A DNA stretch of 64,000 nucleotides from Octopus sinensis (taxonomy: Eukaryota), in contig NC_042997.1 in the NCBI RefSeq assembly GCF_006345805.1, positions 197,284,001 to 197,348,000 of the forward strand. The letters run 5' to 3'. The translations under genes were made by a program, and so were the position numbers. Below, one piece after another: positions 12,201 to 23,647 of this stretch; the first letter of the stretch is position 1, and every line of letters begins with the position of its first letter. The notes below the pieces were generated by a model. That model worked only from the letters and a program-made list of their open reading frames with translations, was not told where the DNA came from and did no database searches.

Positions 12201-12547
12201 TCGAACACCTACGTCATTTTATCGATCTCGAACCGCTACGTCATTTTGTCGATCTCGTTTCACGAACCGCTATGTCAATTTATCGATATCGTTTGTCGAA
12301 ACGCTACGTCATTTTATCGGTCTTATTTGTCGAACCGCTAAGTCATTTTATCGATCTCGTTTGGCGAACTGCTACGTCATTTTGTCGATATCGTTTAGCG
12401 AACCGCTACCTCATTTTAGCGATATCGATTGAACCGCAACGTCATTTTATTGATTTCGTTTGGCGAACCGCTATGTCAATTTATCGATCTAGTTTGGCGA
12501 ACCGCTACGTCATTTTATCGATCGCGTTCGTCGAGCCGATACGTCAT
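9237..12547. repeat. 34-bp tandem satellite, about 95-97 units
   Basis: Consensus GTTTGGCGAACCGCTACGTCATTTTATCGATCTC repeated head to tail; 34-aa periodic ORFs in all three plus frames. Confidence 0.95.
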
Positions 12548-12866
12548 TTTCAAAGACAAATATGGCACACTTTTCACTACCCGAAATCATCGATCATTTC
12601 AGAATAATCAAACTGAGTTCATGTTCTATAGATATCAGAGACAATCCACAAAGTCTGGTACACGTTTGAGGTACAATGCAATATTTTTACTAGAAGTTTT
12701 GCAGGTACAATGTATTAGCATTTTATTTCTTGAAATTTTCAGTTATCATAGATAGTTTAATACTTGTTAAACAGATGACTCATCTACGTACTTTGATCTT
12801 AACATGGGCTGCTCAACCGCGGAGGCCCCCTGCGACCGCAAGAGTTGCAAAGGCTTAGCAATGGCC
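12548..12866. repeat. Dispersed repeat, copy 1 (empty-site copy; possibly the right end of a DNA transposon)
   Basis: Colinear with 17245-17775 once the MITE is removed from the latter. Confidence 0.75.
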
Positions 12867-12988
12867 TTTGATACACGGCGAACTCAGAACCGACGTTTTT
12901 TCAGCCTCGGTACATTGACTTTCTATTCAGATTATGGGGTCTGGGTATTGTTTACTGGAAAAACAATTCTAGTTAATGCTTTCTAGAG

Positions 12989-13199
12989 CAGTGCTTTTCA
13001 AACTTTTTGCTGGAGTGGAACCCCAAGAAAACTGGCTCGAGGAACCCCTGTGCAATAATTTAATAGTCTTATGCACACATATCTGCACAGGGGAACAAAA
13101 ATTACTGGCGATTTTAGCAGTTTTGTAACTTCTTGCGGAACCCCTGGACTGTACAGGCGGAACCCAAAGGTTCCGCGGAACCCTGGTTGAAAACCATTG
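12989..13199. mobile_element. hAT-type MITE, copy 2
   Basis: CAGTGCTTTTCAAAC / GTTGAAAACCATTG; perfect 8-bp TSD TTCTAGAG (NTCTAGAN, Charlie/Buster-like) at 12981-12988 and 13200-13207. Confidence 0.92.
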
Positions 13200-13319
13200 T
13201 TCTAGAGACTGGTTATATCAACTCGTTGAGACGAAAAAGTAATGCATTGCAACGCAAGAGATCGACGGTTCGCATGTCGAGACAACGGTATCAGAACCAA
13301 TGCGACATTCGTTCGGATA

Positions 13320-13697
13320 CTCTTTTACTTCTTTCAGTCATTTGACTGCGGCCATGCTGGAGCACCGCCTTTAGTCGAGCAAATCGACTCCAGGACTTAT
13401 TCTTTGTAAGCCTAGTACTTATTCTATTTGACACTTTTGCCGAACCGCTAAGTTACGGGGACGTAAACACACCAGCATCGGTTGTCAGGCGATGTTGGGG
13501 GAACAAACACAGACACACATATATGTACATATATACGACGGGCTTCTTTCAGTTTCCGTCTACTAAATCCACTCACAAGGCTTTGATCGGCCCAAGGCTA
13601 TAGTAGTAGACACTTGCCCAAGGTGCCACGCAGTGGGACTGAACCCGGAACCATGTGGTTAGTAAACAAGCTACTTACCACACAGCCACTCCTGCGC
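13320..13697 (-). mobile_element. SINE family A
   Basis: Full-length match to family A. Confidence 0.9.
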
Positions 13698-14087
13698 AAA
13701 GTCTCAATGACAGACGTACTGTATAATGAACATGCTTCATTACAGCTAAATTGGAGGTAAATTAATATCATGTGGTAAACTAGATATTTTTTTTACATCA
13801 TGACAGAAAATAATTAGCTTCATTGAATACTTTTAGTCAAAGAAAATAAGGGAGGCAACTCCTTAATTCAAATTGAAAATTAAATAGAGAGAGATTTAGA
13901 GACACCAAACGTTTTGGTGTTAATAGGCCACATCAATGATGCATAGCTATGTTAGTACTCACCATACACTAGATCAGAGCTTCTTAAATTATGGGTCGGA
14001 AAGCGAAATGCTGACGTCGCGAAAATTAAATTCAAACACTCGAATTTCAGTATTTATGTTATTTCACAAACGCATATTTAATACCTA

Positions 14088-14926
14088 TTTCTTTATTACC
14101 CACAACAGGCTAAACACAGAGAGAACAAACAAGGACAGACATAGGTATTAAGTCGATTACATCGACCCCAGTGCGTAACTGGTACTTAATTTATCGACCC
14201 CCGAAAGGATGAAAAGCAAAGTCGACCTCGGCGGAATTTGAACTCACAACGTAACGGCAGACGAAATACCTATTTCTTTATTACCCACAAGGGGCTAAAC
14301 ATAGAGGGGACAAACAAGGACAGACATAGGTATTAAGTCGATTACATCGACCCCAGTGCGTAACTGGTACTTAATTTATCGACCCCGAAAGGATGAAAGG
14401 CAAAGTCGACCTCGGCGGAATTTGAACTCAGAACGTAACGTTACTTATATTTTTTATTGCCCACAAGGGGCTGAACATAGAGAGGACAAACAAGGACAGA
14501 CAAACGGATTAAGTCGATTACATCGACCCCAGTGGTACTTATTTAATCGACCCCGAAAGGATGAAAAGCAAAGTCGACTTCGGCGGAATTTGAACTCACA
14601 ACGTAACGGCAGACGAAATACCGCTAAACATTTCGTCCGGCGTGCTAACGTTTCTGCCAGCTCACCGCCTTATAAATAAATAAATAAATACCTATTTCTT
14701 TATTACCCACAAGGGGGCTAAACATAGAGGGGACAAACAAGGACAGATAAAGGTATTAAGTCGATTACATCGACCCCAGTGCGTAACTGGTACTTAATTT
14801 ATCGACCCCGAAAGGATGAAAGGCAAATTTGAACTCACAACGTAGCAGCAGATGAAATACCGCTAAGCATTTCGCCCGGCGTGCTAACATTTCTGCCAGC
14901 TCGCCGCCTTATAAATAAATAAATAC
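14088..14926 (-). mobile_element. SINE family B multimeric array
   Basis: Two heads and several internal units; flanked by the 17-bp direct repeat CGCATATTTAATACCTA. Confidence 0.85.
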
Positions 14927-15100
14927 CGCATATTTAATACCTAGGGTCGCGAAATATAACGTGATGAAAATGGGATCGTGAATGGAAAAAGTTTAAGCAA
15001 AACGGCATTTGATAACTGGGGGATATAAGGATTTTAAGTGAACGATCAAAGTCGTAAAAACTTAGCAGTGACGGGGGTCCCGGGGACATCATGTGTGAAT

Positions 15101-16392
15101 AATCTTTTCTACTCTAGACACAAAGCCCAAAATTTGGGGGGAGAGGGCTAGTCGATTAGATCGACCCCAGTATACAATTGGTACTTAATTTATCGACCTC
15201 GAAAGGATGAAAGGCAAAGTCGACCTCAGCGGAATTTGAACTCAGATCGTAAATACGGACGAAATACCCGCTATGCACTCGCATGGCGTGCTAACGTTTC
15301 TTATTTCTTTACTGCCCACAAGGGGCTACACACAGAGGGGGACAAACAAGGACAGACAAACGGATTAAGTCGATTATATCGAATCCAGTGCGTCTCTGGT
15401 ACTTATTTAATCGACCCCGAAAGGCAAAGTCGACCTCGACGGAATTTGAACTCAGAACGTAGCGGCAGACGAAATACCTGTTCCTTTATTACCCACAAGG
15501 TGCTAAACATAGAGGAGACAAAGAAGGACAGACAAACGGATTAAGTCGATTACATCGAACCAGTGCGAAACTGGTACTTAATTTATCGACCCCGAAAGGA
15601 TGAAAGGCAAAGTCGACCTCGGCGGAATTTGAACTCAGAACGTAACGGCAGACGAAATACGGCTCTGTGTGTAGACCCTTGTGGGCAGTGAAGAAACAGG
15701 TATTTCGTCTGCCTTTACGTTCTGAGTTCAAATTCCGCCGAGGTCGACTTTACCTTTCATCCTTTCGGGGTTGATAAATTAAGTACCAGTTATGTACTGG
15801 GATCGATATAATCGACTTAATCCGTTTGTCTGTCCTTGTTTGTCCTCTCTGTGTTTAGCCCCTTGTGGGTAGTAAAGAAATAAGTATTTCGTCTGTCGTT
15901 ACGTTCTGAGTTCGAATTCCGCCGATGTCGACTTTACCTTTCATCCTTTCGGGGTTGATAAATTAAGTACCAGTGATGTACTGCGATCGATATAATCGAC
16001 TTAATCCGTTTGTCTGTTCTTGTTTGTCCTCTCTGTGTTTAGCCCCTTGTGAGTAGTAAAGAAATAGGTATTTCGTCCGTCTTTACGATCTGAGTTCAAA
16101 TTCCGCCGGGGTCGACTTTGCCTTTCATCCTTTCAGGGTCGATAAATTAAGTACCAGTTATGTACTGGGATCGATATAATCCGTTTGTCCTCTGTGTGTA
16201 GCCTCTTGTGGGTAGTAAAGAAATAGGTATTTCGTCTGTTGTTACGTTCTGAGTTCAAATTCCGCCGAGGTCGACTTTGCTTCTCATCCATTCGGAATCG
16301 ATAAATTAAGTACCAGTTGCGTACTAGGATCGATCTAATTGATTGGTCCCACCCCAAAAAATTTTGGGCCTTGTGCCTAGAGTGGGAAAAAA
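15101..16392. mobile_element. Two head-to-head SINE family B arrays (minus 15101-15660, plus 15661-16392)
   Basis: Same units on opposite strands; 3' caps at both outer ends. Confidence 0.85.
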
Positions 16393-16557
16393 AAATTTTT
16401 GATTTCCTTCACAAAATCCGGCTAACTGAGGCCCATGAGAAATGAGCCCCGCGAAGACGGGTGGCTGTTGCAGCGAGTGTCATTGTTCATTCTTCACAGC
16501 ATCGCAATCATTTCAATGGTGTGTACAACCTGTCAATCCCTACCCACCCTCTCAGGA

Positions 16558-16917
16558 AGCCTTGAGGGGATTTGGTAGAAAGAAACTGAAAGAAGCCCGT
16601 CGTATATATGTATATGTATGTGTGTGTGTGTGTGTTCGTGTGTCTGTCTCTCCCCCCAACATCGCTTGACAACCGATACTGGTGTGTTTATGTCCCCGTA
16701 ACTTAGCGGTTCGGCAAAATAGACCGATAGAATACTCTCTTACTTGTTTCAGTCATTTGACTGCGGCCATGCTGGAGCACCGCCTTTAATCGAGCAACTC
16801 GACCCCGGGACTTATTCTATCGGTCTGTTTTGCCGAACCGCTAAGTAACGGGGACATAAACACACCAGCATCGGTTGTCAAGCAATGCTAGGGGGACAAA
16901 CACGGACACACACACGC

Positions 16918-16950
<33 letters not shown>

Positions 16951-17185
16951 TATATACGACGGGCTTCTTTCAGTTTCCGTCTACCAAATCCACTCACAAG
17001 GCTTTGGTCGGCCGGAGGCTATAGTAGAAGACACTTGCCCAAGGTGCCACGCAGTGGGGACTGAACCCGGAACCAATAAGTACTGGGCTCACAAAGAATA
17101 AATAAGTCCTGGGGTCGATTTGCTCGACTAAAGATGGTGCTCCAGCATGGCCGCAGTCAAATGACTGAAACAAGTAAAAGAATAA
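16558..17185. mobile_element. SINE family A (+) split by an inverted family A copy (16736-17075, -)
   Basis: Plus copy breaks at GATAGAATA and resumes at AATAAGTACTGGG. Confidence 0.8.
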
Positions 17186-17244
17186 AAGAGAGTAAGTAAG
17201 ACTACCAGATATGAATAAAAGAGCACTTTTATAAACCAGGCAAC

Positions 17245-17775
17245 TTTCAAAGACAAACACGGCACACTTTTCGCTTCGCGAAATCATCGATCATTTCAGA
17301 ATAATCAAACTGAGTTCATGTTCAATAGACGTCATAGACCAGTGCTTTTCAAACTTCTTACTGGAGCGGAACCCCAAGGAAACATTCCACTGGCTCGAGG
17401 AACCCCATTGCAATAATTTAATAGTTTTATGCACACATATCTTTTATGCACAGGAGAATTAAAAATTACTGCCGATTTTAGCAGCTTTGTAACTTCTTGC
17501 GGAACCCTGGTTGAAAACCACTGTCGTAGACAATCCACAAAGTCTGGTACACGTTTGAGGTAAAATGCAATATTTTTACTAGAAGTTTTGCAGGTACAAT
17601 GTATTACCATTTTGTTTCTTGAAATTTTCAGTTAACGTGGATAGTTTAATTTATTCAACATCTTAACCAACGTAAATAGATGACACGTCTACGTACTTTC
17701 ATCTTAACATAGGACCCTTCAAACGTGGAGGGCCCCTGCGACCGCAGAGCTTGCAAGGGCTCAGCAACGGCCCTG
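17245..17775. repeat. Dispersed repeat, copy 2, carrying hAT MITE copy 3 (17340-17523)
   Basis: Homologous to 12548-12866; the MITE has an imperfect 8-bp TSD TCATAGAC/TCGTAGAC; ends in CGGCCCTG. Confidence 0.8.
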
Positions 17776-17919
17776 TTACCAGCCCTTTTCAAGCCGTCCA
17801 ACCCATGCTAGCATGGACGATGGTCGTTAAATGACGATGATGATTATGTAAATACAAGAGATTTATTATTATTAGTTGTGGACGATGACCGAGGACATCA
17901 TATGGGAGAAGATGGGACA

Positions 17920-18117
17920 AGGCGTGTCCGGCTGTGACCAATCAGTCCAATGCATGCTCATAAGGCTGTACCACAGGTCGGACACTGGTTGCCTGTTGGG
18001 ACTGAGCGCAAGGAGTTGGCTCTGGACTTGCGTAGTTCGCGTTTTCCTCATGTTTCGGCAATCCTGTTCTGTTCATAGGAGGTGGCACCTATGTAGGTGC
18101 AGCTTTACCAGATGTAC
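17920..18117 (-). mobile_element. RTE-clade LINE ORF2 extreme C-terminus remnant
   Basis: My translation GATSYEQNRIAET*GKRELRKSRAN...QCPTCGTAL*ACIGLIGHSRT resembles the RTE/BovB C-terminal C2H2-like motif. Confidence 0.7.
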
Positions 18118-18129
18118 AAACAATATATT

Positions 18130-18515
18130 CTCTTTCACTTGTTTCAGTCATTTGACTGCAGCCATGCTGGAGCACCGCCTTTAATCGAGCAACTCGACCC
18201 CGGGACTTATTCTTTTTGTAAGCCCAGTACTTATTCTATCAGTCCCTTTTGCCGAACCGCTAAGTAACGGGGACATAAACACACCAGCATCGGTTGTCAA
18301 GCAATGCTAGGGGGACAAACACAGACACACAAACGCATATATACATATATACGACAGGCTTCTTTTCAGTTTCCGTCTACCAAATCCACTCACAAGGATT
18401 TGATCTGCCCGAGGCAATAGTAGAAGACACTTGCCCAAGGTGCCACGCAGTGGGACTGAACCCGGAACCATGTGGTTGGTAAACAAGCTACTTACCACAC
18501 AGCCACTCCTGCGCC
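18130..18515 (-). mobile_element. SINE family A
   Basis: Full-length match to family A. Confidence 0.9.
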
Positions 18516-18659
18516 TGTTTGGTTACAGAATTTAAAAGGTGTGAACCAGCATCCATCAATTTTCATGACATCCAAACAAAATGTTTAGCAGCATTTCTTC
18601 CTGCTCTTTACATTCAGAACTGAAATCCCACAAAACCAAATTTGCTTTTTATCCCCTTC

Positions 18660-19135
18660 ACGATGATGATCACGATGAATTCCAATATTTTAAATCCGGG
18701 TTTGTCCGCGTTAACGGGGGTGGCCGGATCTACCCCACTCTTACAGCAACTGCTCTCACACCATCAAGCCCAGTTTTGGGCGTCCTCTCTCTTCAAGCCA
18801 ACCCTCCTAATCTCCTCCTCCACGTTTTCTTCGGTCGACCTTGCTTTCGCAGTTCATTCACTTTAAACTCAAGCACTCTCCTCAGAACATGATCTTCATC
18901 CCTCCTCAACACATGTCCATACCATCGCACTCCATTCACCCTTGCCAATTGCCCCACCGATTCCTCCAACCCCAGCATCCCCATCAAGTCCTCAGCCTTC
19001 CTTTTATCCAATAGTTTCACACCACACATTGCTCGCACCATTGCTCTCTTGGTCCTTCTCAAAATTGCCATTTCGCTTTCCCTCAGACACCAAGTCTCAC
19101 ACAACTCTGATAAACCCTTCCTTTCATCTTCAGAC
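18660..19135 (-). mobile_element. RTE-clade LINE 3' fragment
   Basis: GRVYQSCVR...CETW...RWYGHVLRR...GRPKKTW, typical of the RTE ORF2 C-terminus. Confidence 0.8.
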
Positions 19136-19661
19136 GTTGATAAAATAAAGTAGCAGTCAAGTATTTGTGTTGATGGTACCCTCCCCTTGAAAACTGCTGG
19201 CCTTCAACCCTGCAACAGAGGGAATATGCCATGGAAACTGAGTAACTAGACTTATGTGCATGCAAAAGAAAACATTCTTGATGCTGATGATAATGATGAC
19301 GCTGATAATGATGCTGATGATATGAGAATAGAGACAGTAAGGGAACCAGAAGCACTGAAACAAATTTTCCGATTTCAAGAAAGGAATTCTTTTAAGAAAA
19401 CATCTTTCTGAATTAAAGGAAAAAGAAGAAAAAAAATTATAAAAGAAATGTTTTAAACAAGAAAGAAAAAGAAAACACAAGATTTTTTTTTAAAAAAAGA
19501 GAACATTTTATCACACTCTTCAAAAGATAAGAGACCTTCAATTGAAGATCTAAAGTTGTGTACAAAATATTTAGGTCAGCCAAAACAAAATCTTCACCAA
19601 CAACAGTTCAAAACTGAAACAATTTCAGTTGGCCAATTTTGCTTGACCATCCTAAATGTGC

Positions 19662-19667
19662 TTTAAT
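19662..19667 (-). promoter_or_regulatory. Candidate Acinus polyadenylation signal ATTAAA (alternative AATAAA at 19923-19928)
   Basis: Hexamer about 360 nt past the stop with GU/U-rich sequence downstream; no transcript evidence. Confidence 0.3.
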
Positions 19668-20023
19668 TGTGTTAACAGTTTGTTTTTTTGCACCTTCCTT
19701 CATTTCAAACAACAATGTTGAAAGAACAGAAATTTGGTGAAAATCTGACAAAATATCAAAGGAATTGCATTAATTTCATTCCTTACAACATTGAAGTCGT
19801 CTGTCTTAAATAAAATGCAGAGAGAGAGAGAGGGAGAGAGAAAGAAAGCAACTGCCATTCAAAGGGCAGCTCCAGTATGAAGTTATGTACAAATGAGTGG
19901 AAAATCAAGTCTTTCTTTTTTTTTTATTGCTGTACAAAGGACAGGTGACTAGTTGGTCAAAACAATTCACCCGTAAATAATTCAACATTTGGATCAGGAA
20001 GAATTATCTAGGTAATGGATAAG

Positions 20024-20155
20024 TTAATGTCGTCGACTGCGACTTCGACTCCGACTTGACGGTCTCCGGTTCGGACGCCAGTTCTCTTCCCTTTTGTCTT
20101 TCCGCGCTCGATCGGAACTGCCAGCTCTTTTGTCGCTGCTTCGTTCTGGTCGTTC
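20024..20155 (-). CDS. ACIN1: Acinus last coding exon (ERPERSSDK...RSRSRSRRH*)
   Basis: TTTTAG acceptor, phase 0, TAA at 20024-20026, RS tail. Confidence 0.88.
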   Translation of the reverse strand, partial: ERPERSSDKRAGSSDRARKDKREENWRPNRRPSSRSRSRSRRH

Positions 20156-20533
20156 CTAAAAGGAGGCAGAGAAAAGTTTGGTGTTACATTAAATGTCATA
20201 AGCAGAAAACTTCTCACAAAATTACAAACCAAAATCTCTATTTCTTTACTCAACCAATTAACACCGAAGAACTTTGCAGTCTAGAATACAGGGTGAAACA
20301 CCCCTGCCCCACCCAAAAAACAGAACCTACAAGGCTTGGCAGTACTGAAGAAGTTTTGAGCATCACTGGGACAACAGAGAGGGATAGATTGAGATGAACA
20401 GTGGTTCCAGCAAGATGGGGCTTCAACTACTTTTAAGGATTATTTAACAAGAATTTGCTTTACCCTGCATTTCTATCTCTTTGTCTTTTCCATTGTCTCC
20501 TCTGTGTCTTTTATTCTGTATGTGTGTATATAT

Positions 20534-20572
<39 letters not shown>

Positions 20573-20728
20573 CAGGGTGACCAAAAAAAAATCCTAACCC
20601 ACAAATCTTTGAATAAAACTGAATAAAACAATGCAGAAAGATAGATCGAGAAAGCAGTGTATACAATAATTTCATTATTATTATTATCATCATCATCATT
20701 ATCATTATATAGAAACTGAATACTTTAC

Positions 20729-20851
20729 TTTTCGTTTTTCTTCCATTTCTCTTCTCTTTTTACGTTCTGCTTCTTCTTCCTTCTCCAACTCTCTTCGCCT
20801 CTGTTCTCGTTCTAATTGCCGTTGTCGCCGTTCTCGTTCTCGATCTGCAAT
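20729..20851 (-). CDS. ACIN1: Acinus exon, RE-rich coiled coil (IADRERERRQRQLERE...)
   Basis: TTAG acceptor, GTAAAG donor, 123 nt, phase 0/0. Confidence 0.88.
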
Positions 20852-20947
20852 CTAAGCAACGATTGGTCACCTTCAGTGGTTTGCTATACATTTACTGTTT
20901 CATGGAAACATTAACAAAAGAGACATTAACAAAATAGTCACCATATA

Positions 20948-21088
20948 TTAGGTTGTCCCAAAAGTTCGTAAACACTTGCGAAAATTGAATTTTTACTCGC
21001 CAAGTACTAACAAAAACAACAAAAATTATTCCTCAAAATAAAGACCATTATTTTCCAAGACTTTCTACGAACTTTTGGGACAACCTTA
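20948..21088. mobile_element. Mariner-derived MITE, 141 bp
   Basis: TIRs TTAGGTTGTCCCAAAAGTTCGTA / TACGAACTTTTGGGACAACCTTA; TA on both flanks. Confidence 0.85.
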
Positions 21089-21257
21089 TATTAAACCAAT
21101 CAACTTCCTCGACCACCCTGACTCCAGTTCCCACATGATATCGGTGAACAGTAACATTCTCAGCCACATAATTTCATTGGACAGAGGAGATGATAATCTC
21201 AAACCACCACACCCTTCATCATTATCATCATCATTAACATCCATCTTCCATGCATGC

Positions 21258-21465
21258 TTTCGGAGACATTTTTTCACACTCGGAGTTGCTGAGGCATGGA
21301 ACAAACCGCCTGCGTCAGTTGTTGACTGCCATGACACTGCATCCTTTAAGGCCCTCATGCTGTCCGAAATCCACCGAAACTACACTTGATTATACATACA
21401 CTTTAGATGAGTTGTAGTGCACTTGAGCACTGTACACAATGTATTATTATTATTATTATTATTAT
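21258..21465 (+). mobile_element. CR1-type LINE 3' end with (ATT)n tail
   Basis: RRHFFTLGVAEAWNKPPASVVDC...SFK*, then a 3' UTR and ATT repeats. Confidence 0.75.
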
Positions 21466-21692
21466 GAGTAGGATGGTTAACAGGAGCTGGCCAAGTAGAA
21501 AAACTACCCTAGGCTACTGTGTCTGTTTTGGCAGGGATTCTTCCAGTTGGATGCCCTTCCTAACACCAACTGAACCCTGAAACCATGTAACATAAAACAA
21601 ATAATTCTAACCATGATAAATCTTGTAGTTTTGTGATGTCATCAATATCGTTGATACCAGCATATTTCATCACAAGGTAAATAGAAATTCTT

Positions 21693-21956
21693 CATCATCA
21701 TCATCATTTAATGTGTTTTCCCTGCTGGCATGGACTGGACAGTTTGGCAGGAGCTGGTAAGGCTCGGAGCCACACTAAACACACAATACAGTTTGTGAAA
21801 GTGGTTGGTGTTAGGAAGGGCATCCAGCTGTAGAAATCATGCCAAAACAGACAACTGGTGATTGGTGCAGCTCCCCAGCTTGCTAGCTCCTGTCAAACCG
21901 TCCAACCCATGCCAGCCAGCATAGGAAACAAACACTGAATGATGATGATGATGATG
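21693..21956. mobile_element. Family C (LINE-tail SINE) fragments, minus then plus
   Basis: GTTAGGAAGGGCATCCAGCTGTAGAAA...CCAACCCATGC...(GAT)n motif on both strands. Confidence 0.75.
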
Positions 21957-22119
21957 AAATTAAAATTTCTGAAGAAGCAAATGAATGCTAATTTTATAGC
22001 ACGTGCTGCATAAATTGCATAATTTTTGTATGTGATATGAAATAAATTATGTTCATTTATGGAAACACACACAACATTGATTTGGCTTTCCTACAATTAA
22101 AATAATTATATATCTCATC

Positions 22120-22470
22120 GGCTCAGGCATAGCCAAGAAGCTTGCTTTATAGTCACATGGTTTCAGGTTCAGTCCAACTGGACAAGGGCCTTCCACTATA
22201 ATCCCAGGTTGACCAATGCCTTATGAGCAAATCTGAATAACAAAAACTGTGCGGAAGCCTGTCATGTGTGTGTGTGTGCATGTGTGTGGTTGTGTTTGGC
22301 CTCAACACCACCCTTTGACAACTAGCATCAGTTTGTTCACATCCCCATTAAATTAACAGTTCAGCAAAGGAGACTGATGGGATGTGTTAAAAAAAAAAAT
22401 GCACTGGAGTAAATTTGTTCAACTAAATCCTTCCAGCATGGCCACAGTCCAATAACTGAAACTGAAGGTA
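22120..22470 (+). mobile_element. Diverged SINE family A
   Basis: Colinear but eroded match to family A. Confidence 0.6.
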
Positions 22471-22493
22471 AAGAGAGACAAGAATATTCCTAC

Positions 22494-22600
22494 CTGACTT
22501 TCTGTTAGTGGCAACCAGTATATACACGGAACAGCTTTGGTTTTCCTAAATAAATCATCTAGTAATTTGGCAGGGGCTTCTTCTTCTATGACTTTCTTTT
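22494..22600 (-). CDS. ACIN1: Acinus exon containing the RSB motif ([21 protein letters not shown])
   Basis: Hallmark RNPS1/SAP18-binding motif; TGCAG acceptor, GTAGGA donor, phase 1/0. Confidence 0.97.
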
Positions 22601-23153
22601 CTGCAAAACAATAAAACAAAAGAAATGAAATAACTACAGAAATCTCTCTGGAGGATGTCATGACAAAACTGTTGGAAACCCAGGAAGACTGGGACACAAC
22701 ACTGAAAGCCAATCTCGAAATGTCAAGGCTTATGAAGGAGATATGTGGTGCATTGCTGTACCCAAGAAGACCCACCCCACCAGGACAGAACTGACAGTTT
22801 AAAACCACCTTGGTAACGCCAGTTCATAGTATTTGAAGGATTCAGACGTATTTATTACAAGAAACAACCAGGTTTCTTTCTCTAATGCTTTACAACATGT
22901 TCCTGGCCGTTAAAAGATGTTTTCTCGGAGAGTGCTGTTGCTAACATACACAAGTGAACACGTGAAAAACAAAATGAGACTTCTGAAAGAATTATCTGTA
23001 AAAGTATTATTTAAACATCAAATGGCTATGGGGATTCACCAATGTAAAACTGGAATCCAAAGGAACCCTTGACCTAAAGTATAATTACAAGATGCAAAAA
23101 GGCTGAAAGATATCAGAAGTTTTGTGTGTGTGTTTGTGTAACTATAATATTAA

Positions 23154-23375
23154 CCCTTTCATTACTGTATTTCTGTTTGAGATACTCTGTGTTTCTTTCA
23201 ATTAATTTAAATGTAACAAAGAATTTAGTAAAATGACTTAGTTATCATTAAGCTAGTGTTAGGAACATAAACTGTGACTAAGGTTTGGTGGCAGATTTAA
23301 ATTCAAAACTTATGAAAACAAGACATTTGTGCTACAGATTCAGAGCCGGTTTCGGCCGGGTTGGTAACGAAAGGG
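23154..23375. mobile_element. piggyBac-type MITE family P1
   Basis: TTAA flanks; TIR CCCTTTCATTAC / GTAACGAAAGGG. Confidence 0.9.
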
Positions 23376-23388
23376 TTAAATCAGTTAC

Positions 23389-23647
23389 CTTTCTTTTCTC
23401 TTTTTTCTCCGCTTAGTGCCCGTTTTTTCCTTTCTCTGGACCTTGACCGAGACTGTGAACAAGACGCTGACCTCGACCGCCGTCTCATCTTGCCACGATC
23501 CCATTCTCTCACTTTTTTAATATCTTCTTTCTTCTTCATTTCTCGCACTGATTTCTCAGCCGATTTCACTGTTTTCACACTGACATCTTGCTGGATTTCT
23601 CGGATAATGTCCTGAGGGCCTTCCTCCTTGGAACGATAGTAACTCAC
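23389..23647 (-). CDS. ACIN1: Acinus exon (VSYYRSKEE...VREWDRGKMRRRSRS...)
   Basis: TTTCAG acceptor, GTAACT donor, 259 nt, phase 0/1; conserved REWDR motif. Confidence 0.93.

Noticed and set aside
9237-12547. CRISPR-like array or repeat-protein gene
   Set aside because: Units are contiguous with no unique spacers, there are no cas genes, and the context is eukaryotic; the ORFs arise because the 34-mer lacks stops
20724-20728. Alternative donor GTATTC for the RE-rich exon
   Set aside because: It gives phase 2, incompatible with the phase-0 last exon
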